37,587 bases of DNA from Candidatus Omnitrophota bacterium (lineage in GTDB: Bacteria; Omnitrophota; Gorgyraeia; Gygaellales; Profunditerraquicolaceae): assembly GCA_029563245.1 (NCBI GenBank), contig JAKQSG010000059.1, positions 1-37,587 on the forward strand, read 5' to 3'. The position numbers and the translations under genes are program-made. Positions 17,965-26,524 of the stretch are shown here, one piece after another (within the stretch, counting starts at the first letter, position 1; each line of letters starts with the position of its first letter). Below the pieces are notes generated by a model, which was not told the DNA's origin, did not search any database, and was given only the letters and a program-made list of their open reading frames with translations.

Positions 17965-19428
17965 ATGAAAATATTATTTGTTATGCCTAAAGTAGGGGCT
18001 TGGGCAACGCATGGGATACACCGTTCTCCCAACCAGCTTTATGCGCACTGGGCAGCATATGTCAGGGATACGCGGGGTTATGCCGATGTTGCGGTTATTG
18101 ATGGTAAGGCTGACCAGCTTTCCATGGAACAATTGGTCGAACAGGTAAAGCAGAAGAGCCCTGATGTGGTTGTTATGGGTGAACAGCTGCACGGCTATGG
18201 CGGATACGGGGTATTGCGTCATTTTAAGGATGCGGCTGTGGAGATTAAGAAAGTTTCGCCTAAGACAAAGATAATTTTCGGAGGTTTATGGTATTCGGCT
18301 ATGCCGGTACCTACCTTGGAAGAAAATCCTGCAGTTGATTTTGTAGTTATGGGCGAAGAAGAATCTTTCGGTGATTTGATTGAGGCTATTGACAAGAATA
18401 GGCCATTAAAAGACGTAGGGGGTGTTACTTCCCGTATAGATGGGCAGATTGTCATGGGGCCGCATAAACCGCTTATGCCGGATTTAGATAAGCTGCCTCT
18501 TCCAGCCTATGATTTATTTCCTATGGATAAATATGTTGGGCATACTTATTGGAAGCCTTTTGTTGATATGGTTACCTCCCGTGGATGTCCTTCAGCATGT
18601 ACATTCTGTTATGAGTGGGACCAGTTTGACCCGCGTTCCCCTTCCGATTTCTTGAAGTGGCGCGCTAAATCTCCAGAGAGGGTTATGGAGGAGCTAAACC
18701 TGCTGCATAAGAAATACGGAGTCAAAGTTGTAGTTATCCAGGATGACAATTTTAATGTTGACCCTAAAAGGGTGCAGAAGTTCTGCGAACTTAAAAAGGC
18801 ATCTAACAATCCGATTAAATGGGTGTCTTTAGGCAGGGCTATTGATTGGGTGAATTGCGAGCCTATACTTCCGCTTATGAAGGAGAATGGTTTATTTATG
18901 GGAGTTTTTGGTATTGAGGTGACGACTCAATCAGAGCTAAAGAAGATCGCCAAAGGTATTACTCTGGATCAAATCAAGAAGACCATTGAAATCCTGCGTA
19001 AAAATGACATTGCTATTGTTGCCGATATAATGATGGGTTTTGACTATGACACGGAGGCTATCATCAAGCAGCGTTTTGAATTTACTGACGCAGTTGATCC
19101 GGATATCATGTGGGTAGGCTATGTTACTCCTGCTCCGAATTCGCCGATGTGGCGGATTGCTTTGAAAAAGAACTGGATTGATCCAAGGAAGGTAGATTTT
19201 AGCACCTGGGATTTCCTGCATCCGGTAATCCCAACGGATTATCTTACTACGGAAGACCTGGGCAGGTTAGGTTCTTGGTGCATGCGGGAATTCTTCTCAA
19301 AGCCAGGGCGCATTAATAGGATTATGGAGAGTAACTTCGATCCCTTGGCAAAGATTTGCTTCAAAGATGTAATGGATGGTATTAATAAATGGGAAGCAGC
19401 TGCCACAAAGGGAGAGGTACAGATATAG
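17965..19428 (+). CDS. B12-binding domain radical SAM enzyme (class B)
   Basis: N-terminal cobalamin-binding Rossmann-like domain; CPSACTFC (CX3CX2C, nt 18586-18609); 487 aa, typical of class B rSAM enzymes. Confidence 0.85.
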   Translation: MKILFVMPKVGAWATHGIHRSPNQLYAHWAAYVRDTRGYADVAVIDGKADQLSMEQLVEQVKQKSPDVVVMGEQLHGYGGYGVLRHFKDAAVEIKKVSPKTKIIFGGLWYSAMPVPTLEENPAVDFVVMGEEESFGDLIEAIDKNRPLKDVGGVTSRIDGQIVMGPHKPLMPDLDKLPLPAYDLFPMDKYVGHTYWKPFVDMVTSRGCPSACTFCYEWDQFDPRSPSDFLKWRAKSPERVMEELNLLHKKYGVKVVVIQDDNFNVDPKRVQKFCELKKASNNPIKWVSLGRAIDWVNCEPILPLMKENGLFMGVFGIEVTTQSELKKIAKGITLDQIKKTIEILRKNDIAIVADIMMGFDYDTEAIIKQRFEFTDAVDPDIMWVGYVTPAPNSPMWRIALKKNWIDPRKVDFSTWDFLHPVIPTDYLTTEDLGRLGSWCMREFFSKPGRINRIMESNFDPLAKICFKDVMDGINKWEAAATKGEVQI

Positions 19429-19439
19429 GGAGGTAATTT

Positions 19440-19670
19440 ATGGATACAAAATCAAAGCTTAAGGAAGTTTTGGCGGATTTATTAAAGGTTAAGCCCGAAG
19501 AGTTAAAAGACGATTTATCCTTGCAGGATAGCATCGGAGTCGATTCAACAGAGATGGTAGAATCAGTTATTGCCATAGAGAAGGCTTTTGGGGTTAAGCT
19601 AAGCCCGAGGGAGATTACAAAGTCATCAAGCATCAATGATATCGAGAAGGTAATCCTTTCAAAGGCGTAA
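19440..19670 (+). CDS. Acyl carrier protein
   Basis: 76 aa with a four-helix ACP pattern. Phosphopantetheine site GVDSTEMVE (Ser36, codon 19545-19547). Confidence 0.85.
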   Translation: MDTKSKLKEVLADLLKVKPEELKDDLSLQDSIGVDSTEMVESVIAIEKAFGVKLSPREITKSSSINDIEKVILSKA

Positions 19671-19705
19671 TGAACTTCGTATTAGGCAAATTGCAGGAGT
19701 GATGC

Positions 19706-20506
19706 ATGCAGATTATTGACTTGAGTCTGCCGATTGATGAAAAAGGATTTGAAGTCCATAAGGTTGATATCGAGCGGATAACCCATAAGGCGGGGGTTGA
19801 AAAATTTAACCGTGTGATTATGGGTAAGACCTTAAGGGGCAAGATTGGTTACCTTTTGGGAAGAAGAATCCTTAAGCCCGTAGACCTTCCGGATGGAGAA
19901 TTCCTCTCCCTTGAGATAGTGCATTCCCCCGTGCATGTAGGAACACACCTTGATTACTCCTTCCATTATGGCACTCGCTCTGAGGGGAGAGAATCTAAGA
20001 CCGCTGATGAGATACCTCTTGAATATTGCTATCAGAATGCAGTGCGCTTAGATTTACGCCACAAAAAAGCAGCTGAAGAGATAACCGCTGAAGACTTAGA
20101 AACCGCCTTAAAAAAAGAAGATTATATTTTAAAACCTTTTGATATTATATTAATCTGGACTGGTGCCGATAAATTTTACGGGACTCCCAGGTATTTTACG
20201 GATTATCCTGGCATAGGTACAACGGCGATAGACTTTATTATTGACCATGGGGTTAAGATTTTTGGCGTGGATACTATGGGTATTGACCGCCCTTATAAAT
20301 TTATGCTTAAGGAATTCATCGATTCAAAAGACCCCGCAAAGTTTTATCCGGCGCATTTTTACGGCAGAAAAAGAGAATTTATTCATATAGAAAGACTGGG
20401 TAATTTAGAAAGCCTTCCTCGGGCATCAGGATTTAAGGTTGCTTGCTTTCCGGTACGGATACGCCAGACCGGGGCTGCCTGGTCAAGGGTAGTTGCCCTT
20501 GTGTAA
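19706..20506 (+). CDS. Putative cyclase family protein (PF04199-type; kynurenine formamidase-like fold)
   Basis: HSPVHVGTHLDYSFH matches the HxGTHxDxPxH metal-binding motif of this family. 266 aa. Confidence 0.75.
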   Translation: MQIIDLSLPIDEKGFEVHKVDIERITHKAGVEKFNRVIMGKTLRGKIGYLLGRRILKPVDLPDGEFLSLEIVHSPVHVGTHLDYSFHYGTRSEGRESKTADEIPLEYCYQNAVRLDLRHKKAAEEITAEDLETALKKEDYILKPFDIILIWTGADKFYGTPRYFTDYPGIGTTAIDFIIDHGVKIFGVDTMGIDRPYKFMLKEFIDSKDPAKFYPAHFYGRKREFIHIERLGNLESLPRASGFKVACFPVRIRQTGAAWSRVVALV

Positions 20507-20542
20507 AATTTGAATCGGTAATGTATGTAAAAGGAGGACTGT

Positions 20543-20983
20543 ATGGGACATACCTGTAATTCGATTATAATCAATGCTCCTTATGGCTTGGTTTTCGATA
20601 TATCCAATGACATCCCCCGCTGGATAGATTTATTCGGCAGTGAATACAAGAAAGCCGAGATTATCAGTAAGGAAGGGGACAAGATCACCTTCCGCCTAAC
20701 TGATGATGAGGATAAATCATGGGTCTCCTGGAGGCTTTTATTCAAAGATGAATATTTTGCTTATGCCGAAAGGTTTGAACCTAAATTTCCTTTTATCTAC
20801 ATGAAGATTATCTGGCTTTATACCTTAAAGCCTGAAGGGGTGGAACTTACCTGGATTCAGCATTTCGAGATGGATGAAAAGGCGAAGTTTACCGATAAAG
20901 AGGTGGAAGGGTTTATTAATAAGCACTCCCAGGAGAACCTTGCTATTTTTAAAAGGGTAATCGAAAAAGAAGCGCAGCTTTGA
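20543..20983 (+). CDS. SRPBCC-fold polyketide aromatase/cyclase (TcmN/WhiE-ORFVI-like mono-domain ARO/CYC)
   Basis: 146 aa. RW..LF.SEY, FRLT.DED..W.SWR and PF.YM.I.W.Y....G...W.Q.F.M resemble my recollection of the TcmN ARO/CYC N-domain. Confidence 0.6.
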   Translation: MGHTCNSIIINAPYGLVFDISNDIPRWIDLFGSEYKKAEIISKEGDKITFRLTDDEDKSWVSWRLLFKDEYFAYAERFEPKFPFIYMKIIWLYTLKPEGVELTWIQHFEMDEKAKFTDKEVEGFINKHSQENLAIFKRVIEKEAQL

Positions 20984-22098
20984 AGAAGACCACCTTTTTT
21001 ATATTATGTTTAGAGGGAGCGGTTTTATCATTTAATGTCGCTGCAGCCGCAGCCTTGATACCTTCGATAGCAAAGGAGTTTGCTCTTTCTCAGTTTATAG
21101 TTGGTAAGGTCATATGGATTTATATGTTGACTTACGGTCTGGCTGCTTTAATCTACGGACCCTTAGTGCGTAAATTCGACGCGCGTAAAATAGAGTTAAC
21201 CTGTATTTTCTTGTTTGCTCTTGCCAATCTTCTGGCGGGCTTATCCGGTAATATAAATACCCTATTCTTGGGAAGGTTCTTTATGGGGTTATTTGGAGCC
21301 TCTGTTATACCGCTTGGTTTAATCTTAATCGGTAAACACAAAGCTAAAGAAAGAAGAGGTAAGTATATCGGGATATTTTTCGGCCTGACCTTTGTGGCTT
21401 CTCTTTTAGGTTTATTTTTAAGTGGGGTTATTTATTGGCGCTGGATATTCTTGATACCGGCTTTATCAGGGTTTATTCTCTGGATAGCCATGTATTTTTA
21501 CCTCCCTAGCTTCAAGGAAGATACAGGAGGATTTAAGTTTAATTACTTTAGGGTGTTTAATGATAAGGCGGCATTTAAGATATTAGCTTATATATTTTTT
21601 ATCAGTCTTATTTATCATGCTATACAACAATGGATGGGAGTATATTTCTCTACCCAGTTAAAGTATACCCAGTTTATTATCAGTATGTTGATAACCTTAA
21701 CTTCTCTAAGCGGTATAGTTGGTGAGTTTTGGGGAGGGTTGCTTGCGGATTCGCTGGGGAGAAGCAGGATAGTTAATATAGGTATAGGATTTATGATCTT
21801 TAGTATCTTCGCGCTCATTTTTAAATTACCTTTTTTTGCCTTTATTCTGATTATGGTAATTTGGGGGTTAGGGTGGACCTTTAACCATGTTGGCCTAGCG
21901 TCCATGCTTACCGATTTGCCTAAAGAATTTCTAAATGAGGCGGCGAGTTTGAACAGCGCAGTGCGTTTTATCTCCGGAGGCATAGGGGTGAGTTTAGGGG
22001 GATTGATTATGTCGCGCAGTTTTAGCTTAGGGTTTATTATTTTCGGTTTTGGGCTTTTGTTTTTATTGTTTTCGGGGAGATTAATTAAAGCTAATTAA
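20980..22098 (+). CDS. MFS transporter
   Basis: 372 aa, about 12 TM helices, GRFFMGLFGA-type MFS motif. TTG start overlaps the preceding stop. Confidence 0.8.
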   Translation: MKKTTFFILCLEGAVLSFNVAAAAALIPSIAKEFALSQFIVGKVIWIYMLTYGLAALIYGPLVRKFDARKIELTCIFLFALANLLAGLSGNINTLFLGRFFMGLFGASVIPLGLILIGKHKAKERRGKYIGIFFGLTFVASLLGLFLSGVIYWRWIFLIPALSGFILWIAMYFYLPSFKEDTGGFKFNYFRVFNDKAAFKILAYIFFISLIYHAIQQWMGVYFSTQLKYTQFIISMLITLTSLSGIVGEFWGGLLADSLGRSRIVNIGIGFMIFSIFALIFKLPFFAFILIMVIWGLGWTFNHVGLASMLTDLPKEFLNEAASLNSAVRFISGGIGVSLGGLIMSRSFSLGFIIFGFGLLFLLFSGRLIKAN

Positions 22099-22116
22099 TA
22101 CTAAGGGGGGATATTC

Positions 22117-22893
22117 ATGGGAGAAGAGCTTAAGGGGAAGGTTGCTATTGTTACAGGGGCTAGCCGGGGCATAGGTAAATCTCTGGCTTTAACTGCGGCA
22201 AGCCTAGGTATAAACTTAACGATCGCAGCACGCAACGAAGGTCCGTTAAAAGAGGCTGCAGATGAAATTTCCAAGAAATATAATGTAGAGGTCCTTGCTT
22301 TACCTTGCGATGTAATGAAATTGTCAGATTTAGAGAACTTAGCCAAAAAGACAAAAGAAAAATTCTCGCGGGTGGATATACTGATTAATTGTGCAGGCGT
22401 TTCTAGCCAGTATCCGTTTCAAGATCAGCCGATCGAAGACTTAGAGAAGCTTGCGCATACTAATTATTTAGGTTATGTTCGCCTTATCCGTTTGGTAATT
22501 AATGATATGATTAAGCAGAAGTCCGGGGCAATTATCAATATTGTCTCCGGATCTACGCTTGTAGACCCGGTACCGAGAAGTTTTATAGTGTATAGTTCGC
22601 TAAAGGTAGGGTTGCGCGCTTTTTCTAAGGGGTTATTTTGGGAATTGCGGGATCACGGCATTAAGGTTACCTCGATTCTTCCCGGAGTAACGGATACGGA
22701 CCTTACCGGCAAACTGGGTAATGTTACCAGCGATACCTCGAGGTTAATGTCGACTAAGGCTATCGAAGATGCCGTAAGGTTTGCGCTGACAGTCCCGGCC
22801 AATGTCTGTCCTTTGGAGATATCGGTCATTAATCAGCAGACACCTTGGGTGGCCCCGGTTATTCCGTTTAAACAGCAGCATCCGGATAAATAA
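22117..22893 (+). CDS. Short-chain dehydrogenase/reductase (putative ketoreductase)
   Basis: TGASRGIG cofactor motif, NCAG, catalytic YSSLK (YxxxK). 258 aa. Confidence 0.9.
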   Translation: MGEELKGKVAIVTGASRGIGKSLALTAASLGINLTIAARNEGPLKEAADEISKKYNVEVLALPCDVMKLSDLENLAKKTKEKFSRVDILINCAGVSSQYPFQDQPIEDLEKLAHTNYLGYVRLIRLVINDMIKQKSGAIINIVSGSTLVDPVPRSFIVYSSLKVGLRAFSKGLFWELRDHGIKVTSILPGVTDTDLTGKLGNVTSDTSRLMSTKAIEDAVRFALTVPANVCPLEISVINQQTPWVAPVIPFKQQHPDK

Positions 22894-22931
22894 GTTATTG
22901 ATTATAAAATATTTGAAAAACAGGAGGAAGA

Positions 22932-23540
22932 ATGAAAAAGGCTGGCTTGCTGGTAGCGTTAATTCTGGTTTTTTCCGTTGTTTCGTTTGCTCAGGGAGAC
23001 AATCTTATAATTGATGATTTTGAGACTCCCATAATCAAAGGATTGGACGGTACTATTGATTACGGTTCGGGTAACGGTTCTTCTGTGGAGGTATCATCAG
23101 AACCTAAGATAAAATATTCTAAAGATTCGTCATTAAAGGTAGTTTACAATGCTGTTGCGGGCGGATATATGTGGATTGCCCGAGGTTTTGACCTGGACGC
23201 TCAGAATGCCGGCTGGTTAGTTGATCCCCAGGATATCATCTGGGATGATTACAGCGCGCTAGCCTTCTATATGTACGGATCAGATTCAAAGAATAGGATA
23301 GCTGTTGATGTTAAGGATAGCGGTAATGAGGTGTGGCGTTTTATTATAAATGATGATTTTAACGGCTGGAGAGAAGTAGTGTGTCCGTTTGAACAATTTG
23401 CTGTACGGGATGATTGGCAGCCGGAGTCATCGGATAAGAACTCAATCATAAATTTTCCTCTGAAGAGCTACCAGTTTGAGCCATTGCCTGAATCAAGCGG
23501 GACCCTTTATTTTGACAGGGTGGAGTTGATAAAGAAATGA
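22932..23540 (+). CDS. Secreted beta-sandwich protein (CIA30/CBM11-like?)
   Basis: Signal peptide MKKAGLLVALILVFSVVSFAQG, then IIDDFE...; beta-rich, Trp/Asp-rich sequence. The family call is tentative. Confidence 0.45.
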   Translation: MKKAGLLVALILVFSVVSFAQGDNLIIDDFETPIIKGLDGTIDYGSGNGSSVEVSSEPKIKYSKDSSLKVVYNAVAGGYMWIARGFDLDAQNAGWLVDPQDIIWDDYSALAFYMYGSDSKNRIAVDVKDSGNEVWRFIINDDFNGWREVVCPFEQFAVRDDWQPESSDKNSIINFPLKSYQFEPLPESSGTLYFDRVELIKK

Positions 23541-23932
23541 TGGATAGGAGAGAGGTTAAGAATTTAAAAAAACGCTATCTTATATGGTTCTATAAGAGCG
23601 CTAAAGAATCATTGGATAAGATCGAGCGCAAGTTCACGCAGGTTGAGGTTGACAGGTTTATCCTTAAGGAGTTAAAGTCAAGGCTTAAGGATTCCTCTGC
23701 GGGTAAATTCATAAGGCACTTTGAAGAATATATAGAGAAAAAAGAGAAGGATGGTTTAGGGTTGAAATTTGAGGATAAGAAGTTTAAGCCTGATTATCTG
23801 TTTATCGTTGCTAAATTGCGCGCTATTGAAAAGGCCATTGTAAAAGAATTGGGCAGGAAGGCGCTTGAGGAGATCAAGCTTCTCTATGAGATAGAGATGA
23901 CTGAACGCATATTAGGGAGCAGGGAACATTAA
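23537..23932 (+). CDS. Hypothetical protein (highly charged, helical)
   Basis: 131-aa ORF overlapping both neighbours (4 nt upstream, 1 nt downstream). No recognisable motif. Confidence 0.5.
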   Translation: MMDRREVKNLKKRYLIWFYKSAKESLDKIERKFTQVEVDRFILKELKSRLKDSSAGKFIRHFEEYIEKKEKDGLGLKFEDKKFKPDYLFIVAKLRAIEKAIVKELGRKALEEIKLLYEIEMTERILGSREH

Positions 23933-24837
23933 TGGTCATTGATGCACATAGCCACTGGTTACCGGAAGGCATTATTAATAATGCTCATTTTTATCATAAG
24001 GGATGGGGGGAGATAGAGTCTCAACTTAGGGTTATGGATGAGGCAGGCGTTAGTAAGTCTGTGTTATCCTATCCTACATCCGATGCCCATTTAAGATTAG
24101 GGAGCATATCCGAAGTTGTCCGTATATTTAATGATAATGTAAGCAGAATAATAGAAAAATACCCGGATAGATTTATCGGGGCAGCCATACTTCCGATTGA
24201 TCATGAGCCTGACATGATTAAGGAGTTTAGGCGCTCAACCGAAGATCTGGGTTTTAAGGCGATATCCCTGGCGACTAGTTACAACGGGGTTTACCTGGAT
24301 GATTCTAGATTCATTCAGGTCTATAAAATAGCACAGGATAAAAATATTCCGATCTTTGTGCATTCCCAGATTGTAAATCCCATTGGTTTTGAACGGGTTA
24401 AGGACCCGCTTCTTACCCCGGTAATTGAATATATCTTTGATACTACTATTTGTATCGGCAAGCTTTTGGTCTCTGGTATTCTGCGGGATTACGGGGTAAA
24501 ATTCATCTTTGGCTACTTCGGCGGGGTAGTGCCTTATTTAGCCGGAAGATTCGATTCAACATATCAGATGTTGCGTTCAATGGATTTTGTTGAAGATTTA
24601 AAAGGCAAGCCTACGGATTATTTAAAGAACATTTATGTTGATACTTCGGGAGATAAAACCGAGGCAAATTTCAACGCAGCTATTGAGTTGCTAGGCCCAG
24701 GGCATATTTTATGGGGGAGCGACTATCCGGCGAAAAAGGACCCTTCTGCCAGTATCCAGGCAATCAGGGATTTGAAGATATCCCAAGAGGATAAGGATAA
24801 TATTCTCGGAATCAATTTGTCAAAGCTTATATCTTAA
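23932..24837 (+). CDS. Amidohydrolase_2 family protein (ACMSD/LigW-type metal-dependent hydrolase/decarboxylase)
   Basis: N-terminal VIDAHSHW (HxH) and C-terminal WGSDYP motifs of the PF04909-type TIM-barrel family. Confidence 0.8.
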   Translation: MVIDAHSHWLPEGIINNAHFYHKGWGEIESQLRVMDEAGVSKSVLSYPTSDAHLRLGSISEVVRIFNDNVSRIIEKYPDRFIGAAILPIDHEPDMIKEFRRSTEDLGFKAISLATSYNGVYLDDSRFIQVYKIAQDKNIPIFVHSQIVNPIGFERVKDPLLTPVIEYIFDTTICIGKLLVSGILRDYGVKFIFGYFGGVVPYLAGRFDSTYQMLRSMDFVEDLKGKPTDYLKNIYVDTSGDKTEANFNAAIELLGPGHILWGSDYPAKKDPSASIQAIRDLKISQEDKDNILGINLSKLIS

Positions 24838-24851
24838 AAGGAGAAATTAAT

Positions 24852-25601
24852 ATGCAGATGCAGAAAGAGGTACATTTAACAGGCAAGGATCTGACGAATA
24901 TGGTACAGCTTAGAGCGCAGGATGTAGGTAAATATGCAATAGTACCCGGGCCAAGAGATAGGCTGGATGTTCTATTGAAGAAGTTTGATAACCCGGTGAA
25001 GAATTTTACCTTTATGGAATATTCTATGTATACTGGTATGTTTGAAGGGATAAGGTTAACCGCGATTAACGGAGGGAGGTTTTCTACCGACACCTCCATT
25101 ACTACTGAAGTTATGTGCAATGCCCAGATTAATAATATTATTCGAGTCGGTACCGCCGGCTCTTTAGATGAAAGTATTAAGGTCGGAGACATATTCGTAG
25201 TAGATGAGGTTATCCGCGGCGATGGGGTTACGCCTTATTATGTAGATAAAGATTTTAAAACATTTGCCGACAAAAGAATAGCTGATACCCTATATGAAGT
25301 AGCAAAGGGTATGGGTGTTAATGTGCACCGTGGCAAGGCCTGGACAACAGATGCGCTTTTAAGGGAGACCCGCGAGATAGTTGAGGAAAAGCGCAAGGAG
25401 GGGGCCCTGGTGGTTGATATGGTCTCTTCGACCCTTTTGACTATTGCCCAGACCTATAATATTAAAGCTGGTTCAGTCTTGGCGGTGAGCGATAATGTGG
25501 TTACGGGCGAGATGGGTTTCATGAACCCGTTGTATTATATGGCAGAGGCAAGTATCCTAAAGATTGCCTTGGAGACAGTAAAAAAACTAGAGGGAAAATG
25601 A
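24852..25601 (+). CDS. PNP/UDP family nucleoside phosphorylase
   Basis: IRVGTAGS, GDIFVVDEVIRGDG and VVDMVSS (EME-like position) match the hexameric Udp/DeoD-type nucleoside phosphorylase layout. Confidence 0.8.
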   Translation: MQMQKEVHLTGKDLTNMVQLRAQDVGKYAIVPGPRDRLDVLLKKFDNPVKNFTFMEYSMYTGMFEGIRLTAINGGRFSTDTSITTEVMCNAQINNIIRVGTAGSLDESIKVGDIFVVDEVIRGDGVTPYYVDKDFKTFADKRIADTLYEVAKGMGVNVHRGKAWTTDALLRETREIVEEKRKEGALVVDMVSSTLLTIAQTYNIKAGSVLAVSDNVVTGEMGFMNPLYYMAEASILKIALETVKKLEGK

Positions 25602-26524
25602 AATTTTCTCCGCTATTTTGGCCAATCCAGTTAAAAGGAAAGATTATTTACATACTCGATGAGACTAAACTTCCGCAGGAGCTTGCCTATATAAAGGCGC
25701 GTAATTACCGGCAGGCCTGCAAGGCAATAAAGGATATGAAGACTCGTGCGGTTGGACAGGTACTTCTGGTGATGTATATTTTTCTTCAGCTGATTAAGCA
25801 GGGGAGGGGCAAGGAGCTGAAAAGAGTTTCCGCGGCGATTAATAAAACCCGCCCAACGTTATCATTTAAGTTTTTAACCGATATGGTATTAAACTGGGCA
25901 AAAGGCAAAGCGCCTCTGGAAGAATGTATATTAGGTTTTCTCGAAGGTTTAAAATATAGCAGGTTTGCGCAGGCAGAAGAAGCAGCAAGGTTATTAAAGG
26001 ATGGGGATGTTGTCTTAACCCATTGCAACATAAGCGGACTTATGCCTTTAATCGCAGCTATAGCCAAGAAAGAGCACAAAGCTATAAAATTCTTTGCTAC
26101 CGAGACGCGCCCTTATATGCAGGGCTCTAGGCTTACTGCCTGGGAGTTAAAAAGAGCGGGTTTTGATGTTACATTAATTACGGATAATATGGTAGCTTCG
26201 GTAATGTCGCTGAAGAAAATAAATAAGGTAATTGTAGGAGCAGATCATCTGGCCTTAAACGGAGATATTGCCAATAAGATCGGAACATATCAGATTGCGG
26301 TTGTGGCTAAGTATTTTAAGATTCCCTTTTATGTTATATGCCCCCCTGCCTCGGATAAAAAAAGCGGCAAGGAGATAAAGATAGAAATTCGCCCGGATAA
26401 GGAGATGCTGGAATACCAGGGACTAAGGCTTGCTCCTAAAGGTGCCAAAGGCTATTATCCTGCTTTTGATATTACTCCGGATAATTTAATCACCAAACAC
26501 ATCCGCATGGAGATTAAAAGATGA
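25598..26524 (+). CDS. eIF-2B alpha/beta/delta-like sugar-1-phosphate isomerase (MtnA / 5-deoxyribose-1-P isomerase-like)
   Basis: VLTHCN, ATETRPYMQGSRLTAWEL, LITDNM and VGADHLALNGDIANKIGTYQIAVVAKYFKIPFYV match MtnA-family signatures. The N-terminal RGAPAIG block is divergent (TRAVGQV). Confidence 0.75.
   Translation: MKFSPLFWPIQLKGKIIYILDETKLPQELAYIKARNYRQACKAIKDMKTRAVGQVLLVMYIFLQLIKQGRGKELKRVSAAINKTRPTLSFKFLTDMVLNWAKGKAPLEECILGFLEGLKYSRFAQAEEAARLLKDGDVVLTHCNISGLMPLIAAIAKKEHKAIKFFATETRPYMQGSRLTAWELKRAGFDVTLITDNMVASVMSLKKINKVIVGADHLALNGDIANKIGTYQIAVVAKYFKIPFYVICPPASDKKSGKEIKIEIRPDKEMLEYQGLRLAPKGAKGYYPAFDITPDNLITKHIRMEIKR

Noticed and set aside
13570-22893. Calling the KS/rSAM/ACP cluster a ladderane-lipid or aryl-polyene cluster.
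   Set aside because: It lacks the hallmark companions: multiple FabZ-type dehydratases, LolA/MMPL export and acyl/glycosyltransferases for APEs, and the desaturase-like genes proposed for ladderanes. The ARO/CYC plus PF04199 cyclase point instead to a cyclised polyketide. These systems are mentioned only as analogies.
22802-23014. 70-aa ORF spanning the SDR 3' end and the next gene's start.
   Set aside because: It overlaps two better-supported genes out of frame and has no RBS or motif.
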